DNA of 64,000 bases. It comes from Candidatus Woesebacteria bacterium RIFCSPLOWO2_01_FULL_39_23 (GTDB lineage Bacteria; Patescibacteriota; Microgenomatia; UBA8517). Made by a program: the position numbers and the translations under genes. The notes under the pieces were generated by a model. That model did not search any database. It saw only the letters and a list, made by a program, of their open reading frames with translations, and was not told the origin of the DNA. Where the stretch lies: the NCBI GenBank assembly GCA_001793095.1, contig MGHG01000007.1, forward strand, positions 1,306 through 65,305, written 5' to 3'. How positions within the stretch are numbered: position 1 is the stretch's first letter; each line of letters begins with the position of its first letter. This document shows positions 36,811 to 47,200 of the stretch, in pieces.

Positions 36811-38628
36811 GTGATTAAAATTGCATCTTTACGAAAGTTGATAACCAATATAACGGGGAACCTTGTTCGAATGCTAGGAATTGCCTGGCAGATGGATAGA
36901 TTTATAACATTCGGATACTTTGCCTCGTCTGGTGTTGGTGCACTATTCCCGATATTAGCGAGCTATTTATTTAAAATATTTTTGGATGAGCTAATTTCCA
37001 GCAAGGGTATTGCTGTAAGCATTCCTTTAATTTTAGTAACTCTTTTAGCTTCAAGATATTTTGTAAATATTGTCTGGGATTTTGTCAGTTGGGGACTGAA
37101 AAACATATATTTTGATTTTCTTTTTCGCTCCAAAATCCAAAATGCACTTAATTTTCTTTTCTATAAAAAAGTAAGTAAACTTGACATTGCTCACTTAGAG
37201 GATACCAAGACACAGGATTTAATTGCTAAAGCTTCAGATACTTTTACCTGGCGTTCTCCTGATTTATTGAGGCATTTTTCGTACATGTTTAATAATTTCG
37301 TTTCCTATGTTTCATCTTTTATTATATTAATTCCGTTCGGATTGGTAACTCCGTTTTTTGTAACCTTAGTCACACTTCCAAGATTTTTTTTGCGTGCTAA
37401 ATACGGAAGACTTCAATGGTCAATTTATGGAGCAGGGACGCCCGATGTGAGAAAATTGTGGTATTTCCGAAGGATTCTTTCAGATAAAACTTCTGTTATA
37501 GAGTCGAGAATATTCCAATCACGCCGTGTTCTTTTAAGGAGATTCAAAAAGATTCAAAACCATCTATTTGAAATGAATAAGAAGCCCGTAGTTGAATTTC
37601 TTCGGATTCTTGCATTTCCTCAGTTGTTAGAGGGCGGAGTAATATTTTTCTTTGCTTACCTGAAACTACCCGATGTTTTAAGCGGGAAAATATCAATAGG
37701 TGATTTTACCTTTTTTATTAGTTTGCTGGACAGAATTACGACGAGTGCAGGGGATATGATTTTAAATTTCGGGGATTTGTATGACGATAATTTATATGTT
37801 AACCATTATTTCGAGGTATTGAATCTACCTAAACTTGTTAAAAAACCAAAAAATCCGAAAGAAATAGATATTGATAAACCAATAAGTTTTGAATTTAGAA
37901 ATGTTTCTTTTAAATATCCAGGAACGGAAAACTTTGTTCTAAAGGATATTAATTTCTCCATCGAACCGAAAGATAATATTGCGATTGTCGGAGCAAATGG
38001 TGCAGGAAAAACTACAATTGTAAAACTGTTGTGTCGGTTTTATGACGTAACATCCGGAGAAATTTTAGTGAATGGCGTAAATATTAAGGACTTGGATTTG
38101 GATAACTGGTATAGGTGTATAGGTACACTTTTTCAGGAGTTTATGCATTATGATTTTACGGTCAGGGAGAATATCATGCTCGGAAATCCAAAGGTAAAAA
38201 ATGAAGACAAGATGAGATTGGCTGCCAATCAGAGTGGTGTGTCGGAATTTGTGGAAGCATTGCCGAATAAATATAACCAACTTCTTGGGAGGCAGTTCGA
38301 AGGGGGAGTCGAGCTTTCGCAAGGTCAATGGCAGAAATTAGCCATAGCACGGGCTTTTTATGAAGGAGCACAAATATTGATATTGGATGAGCCTACCTCA
38401 GCAATTGACGCCGAATCAGAATATGAGATTTTTCAGAATCTTAATAAACACTATAAAGATAAAACACTTTTTTTGATTTCTCATAGATTTTCAACAGTCA
38501 GAAATGCCAATAAGATTATCGTATTAAAAGAAGGCAGGATCTTGGAGACTGGGAGTCACGATGAACTTTTACGGGTAGGGGGTCTTTATGCTAGGATGTT
38601 TAGGAAGCAAGCATTGGGCTACCAATGA
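36811..38628 (+). CDS. ABC exporter (fused TMD-NBD)
   Basis: GANGAGKTT, LSQGQWQ, ILDEPT, SHR. Confidence 0.93.
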   Translation: MIKIASLRKLITNITGNLVRMLGIAWQMDRFITFGYFASSGVGALFPILASYLFKIFLDELISSKGIAVSIPLILVTLLASRYFVNIVWDFVSWGLKNIYFDFLFRSKIQNALNFLFYKKVSKLDIAHLEDTKTQDLIAKASDTFTWRSPDLLRHFSYMFNNFVSYVSSFIILIPFGLVTPFFVTLVTLPRFFLRAKYGRLQWSIYGAGTPDVRKLWYFRRILSDKTSVIESRIFQSRRVLLRRFKKIQNHLFEMNKKPVVEFLRILAFPQLLEGGVIFFFAYLKLPDVLSGKISIGDFTFFISLLDRITTSAGDMILNFGDLYDDNLYVNHYFEVLNLPKLVKKPKNPKEIDIDKPISFEFRNVSFKYPGTENFVLKDINFSIEPKDNIAIVGANGAGKTTIVKLLCRFYDVTSGEILVNGVNIKDLDLDNWYRCIGTLFQEFMHYDFTVRENIMLGNPKVKNEDKMRLAANQSGVSEFVEALPNKYNQLLGRQFEGGVELSQGQWQKLAIARAFYEGAQILILDEPTSAIDAESEYEIFQNLNKHYKDKTLFLISHRFSTVRNANKIIVLKEGRILETGSHDELLRVGGLYARMFRKQALGYQ

Positions 38629-39272
38629 ATATGTGGAATTTTTTAACAGGCACGAAAGTTTTGGAAGAAGTGGAATCACCCATTAACGGTAAAATCACCG
38701 TTCAAAAAAGTTTGGGGTTGGGGACATATTTACAAGTCGGCGGCTTGACTCAATCGGGGGGGATTCTCGTTAGTATTTGGAAGTCGACAATAGACGAAGT
38801 TATTAGGCGCAAACCGCAAATATCAAGCTGCTTGATTCTCGGTTTAGGGGGAGGGAGTGTCGCGCAAATTATTAATAAGCATTGGCCTGATACAATAATT
38901 ACAGGCGTTGATTTTGATCCTGTGATAGTTAATTTGGGTAAAAAGTATTTAGGCCTCGGAAAAGTTGAGATAAGGCTTTTTGTAAATGACGCGTTTGAAT
39001 ATTGCGTGCAAGCTATAGCCGAGGAGAAAAAATTTGACCTCATTTTAATTGATCTTTATAAAGGTTCAGAGTTCCCGGTTCAGTTTGAAGGAGAAGAGTT
39101 TCCGAAAATGATTTGGAAGTTACTTTCAGGTGATGGCTTAGCAGTATTCAACAGACTTTATTCAGCAGAAAAAAGGATTAAAGCTGTAAAATTTGGAGAA
39201 AGATTGGAGAAAATATTTAGAAAAGTTGATGCTTATTACCCTGAAGCAAATGTCATGTACTTTGCCACTTAA
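38625..39272 (+). CDS. Spermidine-synthase-like SAM methyltransferase
   Basis: [23 protein letters not shown]. Confidence 0.8.
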   Translation: MNMWNFLTGTKVLEEVESPINGKITVQKSLGLGTYLQVGGLTQSGGILVSIWKSTIDEVIRRKPQISSCLILGLGGGSVAQIINKHWPDTIITGVDFDPVIVNLGKKYLGLGKVEIRLFVNDAFEYCVQAIAEEKKFDLILIDLYKGSEFPVQFEGEEFPKMIWKLLSGDGLAVFNRLYSAEKRIKAVKFGERLEKIFRKVDAYYPEANVMYFAT

Positions 39273-39754
39273 TTTTTGTTACTAAGTACAGCGATCCCCA
39301 GAAGGATTAAAGTAACCGGCCAGAATTTTGCAAAATAAAATATATTGAAAAATCCAAAGTTTGAGAGAAGTAGCATGATACCCAGTGCAAGAATAAATAT
39401 GCCGATAAGAGCGCGTGAATTTGCACTTTCTGCTCTTTCTCTTACTCCACCCGCAAATTTGTAGGCTTTGTCTTTCATCTCTTTTACATTTTCATTGATG
39501 CTCTCCTCAGTAATAAGTGATGCAGATGAAGACGAAGGAATAATAAGCCACAAAATAAGATAAATTAGGATACCGCCACCTCCGAATATTGCAACAAGAA
39601 TAAATATGAGTCTAATGAGTGTCGGGTCAACGTTAAAATATTCTCCCAGCCCTCCGGCGACCCCGCTTAATACTCTATTTGTGCTTGATCTATATAAACG
39701 ATTTACCTTGTATTGGCCTTCTTTTTTGTCGTTTTTGACCACAACTTTCGGCAT
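39269..39754 (-). CDS. pspC: PspC domain protein
   Basis: [30 protein letters not shown]. Confidence 0.9.
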   Translation of the reverse strand: MPKVVVKNDKKEGQYKVNRLYRSSTNRVLSGVAGGLGEYFNVDPTLIRLIFILVAIFGGGGILIYLILWLIIPSSSSASLITEESINENVKEMKDKAYKFAGGVRERAESANSRALIGIFILALGIMLLLSNFGFFNIFYFAKFWPVTLILLGIAVLSNKN

Positions 39755-39833
39755 GCCTTGATATTATACCAATAATTTAGCGCTTTCAACTGATGTTTGC
39801 CAGAAATTCTATTACAGTGTAAACTAGTTAGTG

Positions 39834-42602
39834 ATGTTGAAGCTATTTTCAAAATTTCTTGACGTTAATCAAAAAGAAATAGATAAGTTACAAAAAACGG
39901 TCGATAAGATTAATACTTTTAGCGACAAAACTGGTAAATTAAAGGACGAGGATTTTGCGAAAAAAACTGAAGAATTTAAAAAGCGATTTACAAAGGGTGA
40001 AACCTTGGACGATATTTTACCCGAAGCTTTTGCATTAGTCCGGGAAGCTGCTTGGAGAAGGGTTGGTATGAGGCCGTATGATGTTCAGATGATGGCAGGT
40101 ATTGCGCTTTACCAGGGAAAAGTCGCCGAGCAAAAGACGGGAGAAGGTAAAACTCTTTCTGCCGTACCCGCTCTTTATCTCCGTGCATTAACGGGTAAAG
40201 GTGCACACTTAGTTACGGTTAATGATTATCTGGCAAGACGAGACGCGGGCTGGAATGCGCCTATATTTAGCCTTCTGGGGATGAGTGTCGGGGCTATTGT
40301 CCAGGAAATGAAGTCCTATGTCTTTGATAGTGAGTATAACGATACAAGTCATGGAGATGAGAGACTTGCGCACTTAAAACCGGTAGATAGGAAAGTGGCA
40401 TATTCGGCGGATATAACCTACGGGACTAATAATGAATTCGGGTTTGATTATCTAAGAGACAATATGGTTTCGGCGCTTTCTGAGATGGCTCAAAGCCACC
40501 GGTCCGGAGGGACCTCTGGCCCGGAGGGGGAGCATTATTTTGCTATCGTTGACGAGGTAGATTCAATACTAATCGATGAGGCGAGGACGCCCTTAATTAT
40601 TTCTGCACCGGATACTGAACCGACCGATAAATATTATAAATTTGCTTCTCTTGTTAGCCAATTAAATCCCGATACGGATTTTACAATGGACGAAAAGTCC
40701 AAAAGTGCTTCCCTAACTGAGCATGGAATTACCAGAGTCGAGAAGGTTTTGGGGGTAGATAATCTTTACGAAAAGGATTTCGATGCCATCCACCACATAG
40801 AAAATGCCCTGCGTGCCACAACTCTATATTTAAGGGATAGAGAATACGTTGTTAAAGATAACCAAGTTATTATCGTTGATGAATTCACAGGACGGCTTAT
40901 GTTCGGACGTCGCTGGAGTGACGGACTTCACCAGGCTGTTGAAGCTAAAGAGGGAGTTAAAATACAACAGGAAAGTAAGACACTTGCGACGATTTCTTTT
41001 CAGAATTACTTCAGAATGTATGACGTTTTATCTGGAATGACGGGAACCGCGGCTACCGAAGCCGAGGAATTTAAAAAAATATACGATATTGATGTCATCG
41101 TAGTTCCGACTCATCGGGAGATGGTAAGGAAAGATAATCCCGATGCAATTTATAAGACATTACGCGGGAAATACGGGGCTATCGTTAAAGAGATTGAAGA
41201 TAAGAATAAAAAAGGCCAGCCGGTTTTGGTGGGTACGACTTCAATTGAGAAAAATGAAATTATAGACGACTATCTCAAGCGGAAGAGAATTCCCCACAAT
41301 GTTCTCAATGCGAAAAACCACGAAAAGGAAGCGACGATAATTGCTGATGCAGGGAAGCCGGGAGCGGTTACCGTTGCAACGAATATGGCTGGGCGCGGGG
41401 TAGACATCGTACTTGGAGGTTCTCTTCCGGACAAACCAGAGGGGATGACCAACGATAAGTGGCAAAAGTCCGCTGAAATTAAGAGGTGGAAAGACTTGCA
41501 CGAAAAAGTTGTTAAAGCCGGAGGACTCCATGTAATCGGAACCGAACGGCACGAATCCCGAAGGATTGACAACCAACTTAGAGGCCGTTCCGGCAGGCAG
41601 GGAGACCCAGGTTCATCGAGGTTTTATTTATCCCTTGAGGATGACTTGATGAGAATTTTCGGCGGTGAACAAATTGGTAGCCTGATGGACAGACTGCACT
41701 TACCTGAAGATCAACCTATCGAAAACAGGTTTGTTTCTAAAGCAATAGAATCTGCGCAAAGTAAAGTTGAGGGATTCCATTTTGATGCCAGAAAGTCACT
41801 TGTTGAATACGACGATGTTAAAAATCAACAAAGAGAGATTATCTATAACCTAAGAAGGCGAGTTCTGGAATCCGATAATTTGCACGTTGAAATAAATGAG
41901 AAAATTTCGAAAGAAGTAGATGTGATTTTGGCGGCGAGTGCGGACTTAAACGGGGATGCAATCGATTATGAAAAATTGGTAGTTGGATTGTCCGAAATTG
42001 TTCCGTTTGATGATGCTTCAAGGGACAGAGTCAAAAAGGAAGCATTAAAAATTGGGCAAGATGGAGAACTGAAAGAATTTTTAGACAAGGTTGTAAAAGA
42101 TGTTTACGGCTCCCGCGAAAAACAAGTTGGAGTCGACGTCATGAGACAAATTGAAAAGTTTGCCTACCTGGGAGCGATTGATCACATGTGGATAGATCAT
42201 CTTGATAATATCGACAGCATTGAAGATGCTGTCAAACTTCGCGGATACGGACAAAGGGATCCGTTGGCTGAATTTAAAAATGAGGCGTTCGGACTATTCG
42301 AAGGACTGATTGACAGGATTGACCAGGAATTATCAAGGCGAATATTCAGGATTGGCGTCTCAAGAATACCCCAACCCGAAATTCCTATTTCGCAAGCGAG
42401 AACAAACGTTGATCAACTCGATCAGACAGGATTGGCTCCCGCTCCTGAAGATTTGGTTGCACAAGCAGGTGAACCCGCATATGCAGAACAAAGTATTAAC
42501 AACAAAGGACAAAGTGTGAAGAAAAAGATCGGACGAAACGATCCATGCCCATGCGGGAGCGGGAAGAAATACAAGAAGTGTCATTATCCGCAATATGGGT
42601 AA
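39834..42602 (+). CDS. secA: Preprotein translocase ATPase SecA
   Basis: KTGEGKT, VTVNDYLA, DEVDSILIDEARTP, GRQGDPG, SEC-C motif. Confidence 0.99.
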   Translation: MLKLFSKFLDVNQKEIDKLQKTVDKINTFSDKTGKLKDEDFAKKTEEFKKRFTKGETLDDILPEAFALVREAAWRRVGMRPYDVQMMAGIALYQGKVAEQKTGEGKTLSAVPALYLRALTGKGAHLVTVNDYLARRDAGWNAPIFSLLGMSVGAIVQEMKSYVFDSEYNDTSHGDERLAHLKPVDRKVAYSADITYGTNNEFGFDYLRDNMVSALSEMAQSHRSGGTSGPEGEHYFAIVDEVDSILIDEARTPLIISAPDTEPTDKYYKFASLVSQLNPDTDFTMDEKSKSASLTEHGITRVEKVLGVDNLYEKDFDAIHHIENALRATTLYLRDREYVVKDNQVIIVDEFTGRLMFGRRWSDGLHQAVEAKEGVKIQQESKTLATISFQNYFRMYDVLSGMTGTAATEAEEFKKIYDIDVIVVPTHREMVRKDNPDAIYKTLRGKYGAIVKEIEDKNKKGQPVLVGTTSIEKNEIIDDYLKRKRIPHNVLNAKNHEKEATIIADAGKPGAVTVATNMAGRGVDIVLGGSLPDKPEGMTNDKWQKSAEIKRWKDLHEKVVKAGGLHVIGTERHESRRIDNQLRGRSGRQGDPGSSRFYLSLEDDLMRIFGGEQIGSLMDRLHLPEDQPIENRFVSKAIESAQSKVEGFHFDARKSLVEYDDVKNQQREIIYNLRRRVLESDNLHVEINEKISKEVDVILAASADLNGDAIDYEKLVVGLSEIVPFDDASRDRVKKEALKIGQDGELKEFLDKVVKDVYGSREKQVGVDVMRQIEKFAYLGAIDHMWIDHLDNIDSIEDAVKLRGYGQRDPLAEFKNEAFGLFEGLIDRIDQELSRRIFRIGVSRIPQPEIPISQARTNVDQLDQTGLAPAPEDLVAQAGEPAYAEQSINNKGQSVKKKIGRNDPCPCGSGKKYKKCHYPQYG

Positions 42603-42612
42603 GAAATGCAAA

Positions 42613-42660
42613 GTCCTGAGTGAATGAAAATGGTGAGCTTCGTCGAACAAAGTCGAAGGA
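42613..42660 (-). repeat. Nested REP-like element
   Basis: Reverse strand TCCTTCGAC...[TTCGACGAAGCTCACC]...CTCAGGAC, same family as 11364 and 31973. Confidence 0.55.
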
Positions 42661-42765
42661 GAAAAAGTGCTATTATCCACAGTAACGATAAAGTCAGTTA
42701 ATTGAAGATACCGTTTTTGGTGTTGATAACTATATATAAATAATTCTTCCTGTTAAAATAAGTCT

Positions 42766-43617
42766 ATGTCGTGGCAGTTACTTGCTTTAATTAGCGTTAC
42801 TTCATTATCGGTATCGAATTTACTGGGAAGAGTATTAATGAAAGACGATAAAAGTGACCCGATAGGTTACGGGATTATTTTTCAATTTGGATTAGGATTA
42901 GTTGCTCTAGTATTTGCTTTAGTATTTAATAAGTTTGTCTGGCCACAAGGATACGGCTTTTCGATTAGGTTCTTGATTTCCACTCTTTTGTGGACTTTAA
43001 CTACTGTATTTTCGTTTTCATCAATTAAAAGAATCGGAGCCAGTGAGGCAACTATATTGGTTTCATCGGGATCTCTTGTGTCAATATTTCTTGGTATAAC
43101 TGTTTTGGGAGAAAGCATCACAATTAAATTATTTTTAGGATCTTTATTAGTTTTAGTGGCCGTTTGGATTGTAACCACAGAAAAACTAAAATTTACTTCT
43201 AGAAAAGGAGTTGTTTTTTCCCTCCTAGCAGCACTATGTTCCGGGATTGCGGTAGTGAATGACGCAATAATATTGAGAACTTATGAGGCATTTTCCTATA
43301 CCACTATTATGTCATTCTTGCCGGGAATTTTGCTTCTAATGCTTTTTCCATTAAAATTTAAGACTACCGTAGTTAACATTGATAGGAATTTTCTGTGGCG
43401 AATGTCTATTTTATGTCTTTTATATGCCGTACAGGCAATAACTTATTATTTAGCCTTTCAGGTTGGTGCTCCGGTTTCGCAACTTTCACCTATTACAAGA
43501 TCTTCGGTCGTATTAACAGTAATATTGGCTGCAATTTTTATAAATGAACGTAATAATCTTTTCAGGAAGTTAATAGCTGCAGGTGTAATGATATTCGGAG
43601 TAATACTGTTAGGATAA
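42766..43617 (+). CDS. EamA/DMT transporter
   Basis: About 10 TM segments, two EamA repeats. Confidence 0.88.
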   Translation: MSWQLLALISVTSLSVSNLLGRVLMKDDKSDPIGYGIIFQFGLGLVALVFALVFNKFVWPQGYGFSIRFLISTLLWTLTTVFSFSSIKRIGASEATILVSSGSLVSIFLGITVLGESITIKLFLGSLLVLVAVWIVTTEKLKFTSRKGVVFSLLAALCSGIAVVNDAIILRTYEAFSYTTIMSFLPGILLLMLFPLKFKTTVVNIDRNFLWRMSILCLLYAVQAITYYLAFQVGAPVSQLSPITRSSVVLTVILAAIFINERNNLFRKLIAAGVMIFGVILLG

Positions 43618-43771
43618 TATTATGTGATTTCCTATTCGAACAACATTAAAAAAATGTCACTATTCTCAATTACCTCCCCGCTGATTTTTCCGATATCTTC
43701 CAAAATCTGCTAATTTATTCTGAATTGTATGATATCCTTTGAATAATCCTTAATTTTCCATTGATATCCAT

Positions 43772-44281
43772 ATGAGAAATCCTTTGGGATATAAAGTGTT
43801 GAGAACTTATCAGCAAGGTGAAGAAATCTACGATTTAGTTAAACGATTTACCTCCACCCATTTGCATCTAATGTCGGATTCTCGGCTAATTGGCCATATG
43901 GACGATTCTGCTAGAAGCATACCAAGAAATATTGCCGAAGGATATGGTAGAAACAACACTAAGCAGTATTATGAATTTTTAGGGTTTTCGTTTGGTTCGC
44001 TACTGGAACTGTTAGAAGATTCACTGGAGTTGGAGAAAGATATTAAAGGAGGACGAAGGAAAACAAAGGATGACAACGGAGCATTAAAGGAGTTATCAAT
44101 AATTATAAAATTGTGTTTTGGCGAAAAGACGATGTTGACAAACCAGATGGACAGAATTGAGAAAATGGTTTGGGAGCAAGGATTAATGTCTCAAAATCAA
44201 AAATTAGCTAAAATAATGGAAGAGAATAAAAGAAAAAATGAGCAATTCGATAAATGGCTGAAGACTATTGTTAGAAAATGA
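43772..44281 (+). CDS. Four-helix-bundle protein (23S-IVS / bAvd-like)
   Basis: SARSIPRNIAEGYGR...FLGFSFGSLLEL. Confidence 0.9.
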   Translation: MRNPLGYKVLRTYQQGEEIYDLVKRFTSTHLHLMSDSRLIGHMDDSARSIPRNIAEGYGRNNTKQYYEFLGFSFGSLLELLEDSLELEKDIKGGRRKTKDDNGALKELSIIIKLCFGEKTMLTNQMDRIEKMVWEQGLMSQNQKLAKIMEENKRKNEQFDKWLKTIVRK

Positions 44282-44305
44282 TAGAAACTTGTTCATGTTA
44301 ATTCT

Positions 44306-44842
44306 ATGAATAATAAATTTAACCCATATTCAAAAAACGTAATTTTCTTCGACTCGGAGTTTTCGAGCATGGATCCCTATATTGGGGAGATTCTTTCCGT
44401 TGGGCTTGTGAAATTGACTGGTGAGTATCTATATCTGGAATTGGAATATAACGGACCGGTTGATTCCTGGGTTGAAAAGAATATTATTCCGACTTTATTA
44501 GGACCTAAAATTAATCGGCTGGAAGCAATAAATAAAATTAATGAGTTTGTAGGCGATAGTAAACCCTACGTCGTCAGCTACGTAGATCAGTTTGATGTTA
44601 TCTACTTGCACAAGTTGTTTAAGTCTCAATCGATAAAAAACTCACCGTTTTTTTGGATACCGGTTGACTTTGCATCTATTTTATTTGGGATAGGAATTAA
44701 TCCCGAAGCATATTTTCCCAAAGATAAAGATAATTTCTTTAAAGAGATTGGAGTAGATGCTTTGGAGTTCAAACATACTCACAACGCTCTCGACGATGCT
44801 CGACTTTTAAGAGAAGTTTATTTAAAAATGTCGGATTTGTGA
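44306..44842 (+). CDS. DEDDh 3'-5' exonuclease (RNase AS-like)
   Basis: FFDSEF, FD, HNALDDA. Confidence 0.85.
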   Translation: MNNKFNPYSKNVIFFDSEFSSMDPYIGEILSVGLVKLTGEYLYLELEYNGPVDSWVEKNIIPTLLGPKINRLEAINKINEFVGDSKPYVVSYVDQFDVIYLHKLFKSQSIKNSPFFWIPVDFASILFGIGINPEAYFPKDKDNFFKEIGVDALEFKHTHNALDDARLLREVYLKMSDL

Positions 44843-44971
44843 GGTAACTTCCAATATGGACAATATTACAAGAAGTATCATTACCCACAGTTAGGATAAA
44901 TAGTCCCTCGAATGGGTTACGATCCGTAAATTAGTAATTAAAACTCCAAATTAGTGTAAACTTCTTTATAA

Positions 44972-46156
44972 ATGACTCGGTGGCGCAACGAAAATTTATT
45001 AAGAAGTATTGCAATTGTTTTTATCTTTTTTTGCGTAGTATTTTCTTTATTTACTCTTTTCAGAATTTTACTGCTCTACCGGCTTTTGGACTTCGGTGTC
45101 TATTACCAGGCGGTAGAAAAAATTATTAATGGATGCAATCCTTACGTTTCTTCTGTCGGTGAAATGGTGTTTATTTATCCTCCTACCGCTTTATTGTTTT
45201 TGCTACCTTTGCATTTTTTCCCGATTTCTATTGCCGAAGACTTATGGACCTTAACTTCATTTATTGCATTTAATTTATCAATATATTTTTTATTAAAATC
45301 CGTAATGAAGAAGGTAAAAGTACTATGGTTTCTAATTATTTACAGCTTTTTTGTTCTATCTTTTCCTATAAAGTTTAGTTTTGGAATGGGGCAGATAAAT
45401 ATGTTTATTCTATTTTTGCTTTGTTTAACTTTCTATTTTTATACTAGAGAAAAAGATAAGTTCAGCGCTACATTTTTATCGATTGCGATTTCGCTTAAAT
45501 TGGCGCCGGCAATTTTATTATTCTTTTTTGCAAGAAAAAAGAAGTGGAAGGTTGTAACATTCACACTTTTTATTATTGCTTTATTACATTCGGTTGTTCA
45601 GTTGCTCAGCAAGCAACACTTGCTGTCTTATTATTATCTAAAAGTATTTCCCTCAATATCTTTAATAGGCAATTCGGCTTATTATAACCAAGCGTTTACG
45701 GGATTCCTTGCTCGAATGAATTTATCCGACAATACATCCTTTTTGCTGAATTATCTTTTATTAATTATTCTATTAATCTTTACATATAGAATAATTAATA
45801 CGCGAAGGATGAAGCCGGAAAACGAACTCATTCAGTTCGGAATGTTGATCGTTGTTATGCTGATTGCCGGTGGTCTTACCTGGCAGCACCATCTTGTTTT
45901 ATTAGTAATACCATATATAGGTGTTATTGTTAGCGTTTTTCCGCGGTTAAAAATATATTTAAAACACAAAGTCTTTATCATTTTTGCTATCCTACTTTCG
46001 TGTTTTCTTTTTTCAATAAATTTAAAAAACCCTTTTATATTTTCGACCGGTGCATTAGTCTTAGTCCAATCGCACGGCTTATATTCAATGCTAATATTAT
46101 TTGGAGTATTATGGTACATAAACTCGAATACTATCTTAGTACGGAACAAACGATAG
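44972..46156 (+). CDS. GT87-like membrane glycosyltransferase
   Basis: DFGVYY, FIYPP, GQIN, KLAP, WQHH. Confidence 0.85.
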   Translation: MTRWRNENLLRSIAIVFIFFCVVFSLFTLFRILLLYRLLDFGVYYQAVEKIINGCNPYVSSVGEMVFIYPPTALLFLLPLHFFPISIAEDLWTLTSFIAFNLSIYFLLKSVMKKVKVLWFLIIYSFFVLSFPIKFSFGMGQINMFILFLLCLTFYFYTREKDKFSATFLSIAISLKLAPAILLFFFARKKKWKVVTFTLFIIALLHSVVQLLSKQHLLSYYYLKVFPSISLIGNSAYYNQAFTGFLARMNLSDNTSFLLNYLLLIILLIFTYRIINTRRMKPENELIQFGMLIVVMLIAGGLTWQHHLVLLVIPYIGVIVSVFPRLKIYLKHKVFIIFAILLSCFLFSINLKNPFIFSTGALVLVQSHGLYSMLILFGVLWYINSNTILVRNKR

Positions 46157-46229
46157 CTTTTAACATGTAATCAATGACACATCGTTTCGCAGACGGGATA
46201 ATGTTTGACCGATAGTTTATAATCATGCC

Positions 46230-46568
46230 ATGACACCCGACAGGCCTTATATACCACTTATAGAGTTAGGGAAAGAACTTTCTCCAAGTGACTTTGTTCC
46301 GGGTCCCAATCCGTGTGATAATCTTGATTTGTACATTCCTGTGGTTAGAATTCCTGTACATTTGATGGATACCGAAAAAGTTAAAGCGGCCCAACGGACA
46401 TTAAACAAGTGTCAAAGAATTGCCGGAAGTTATGGGGAAAAGACATCAAATATGAATAGAAAAGAATATAAAAAGGCAGCGGATGCTTTTAAGGCCGCTA
46501 CGGGTGTCGACATTTCTGAAGTATTTAGTTACGCTCGAGAACAGTTATACGAACAGGAATACTTATAA
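46230..46568 (+). CDS. Orphan protein
   Basis: ATG 6 nt after TATAAT. Confidence 0.55.
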   Translation: MTPDRPYIPLIELGKELSPSDFVPGPNPCDNLDLYIPVVRIPVHLMDTEKVKAAQRTLNKCQRIAGSYGEKTSNMNRKEYKKAADAFKAATGVDISEVFSYAREQLYEQEYL

Positions 46569-46621
46569 GGGTTGAGTAAAGAACTGAGTTATTACAACTT
46601 CGATAATGATAAAATGTTTCC

Positions 46622-47197
46622 ATGACCGCAAGAACTCATGACGCCTTTGCGTTAGCTTCCCTAATTAGTGTAGCGGCTTTTTTCCCTCCGGCATCTCTTA
46701 ATCTAACAACATTAATAGTTTCAGTTATTGGAGCCCATATCGGTGGTTTAATCCCCGATATGGACCAGGCGGGAAATCGGCTGTGGGATATGTTTCCTTC
46801 GGGAAATAGTTTGGGAAGAATATTCAGGAGAATTTTTTATAAACACAGGACTATCAGCCATTCTCTTATCGGCGTTTTTATTTTCTATAAATTTCTTGAA
46901 TTTGTTGTAACGAGGTTGATTAACACATCTTTCATTGATCCGAAACTTCTGATTGCCGGAATTATAATTGGGTATTTATCACATTTATTAGCTGACAGTT
47001 TTACAGAAGAAGGACTCCCGCTTCTTTTCCCATTAAGAATTGCGTTCGGTATACCCCCTATTAAGAAAATACGGATAAAAACAGGTCAATGGTTTGAGAA
47101 CTTGGTTATTTACCCCGCTATCTGGATTTATCTTTTCTCACTGATCCAGAATAAAAAAGAGGTGTTACTAGAAATATTAAAAATGGTGAAAAGTTAA
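46622..47197 (+). CDS. YdjM-like membrane metal-dependent hydrolase
   Basis: TH, PDMD, HRTISHS, HLLAD. Confidence 0.88.
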   Translation: MTARTHDAFALASLISVAAFFPPASLNLTTLIVSVIGAHIGGLIPDMDQAGNRLWDMFPSGNSLGRIFRRIFYKHRTISHSLIGVFIFYKFLEFVVTRLINTSFIDPKLLIAGIIIGYLSHLLADSFTEEGLPLLFPLRIAFGIPPIKKIRIKTGQWFENLVIYPAIWIYLFSLIQNKKEVLLEILKMVKS

Positions 47198-47200
47198 AGC

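Noticed and set aside
42673-42681. Replication origin at TTATCCACA
   Set aside because: Single perfect box, no cluster, no dnaA/dnaN nearby
43772-44281. Diversity-generating retroelement
   Set aside because: No reverse transcriptase and no TR/VR pair in the window
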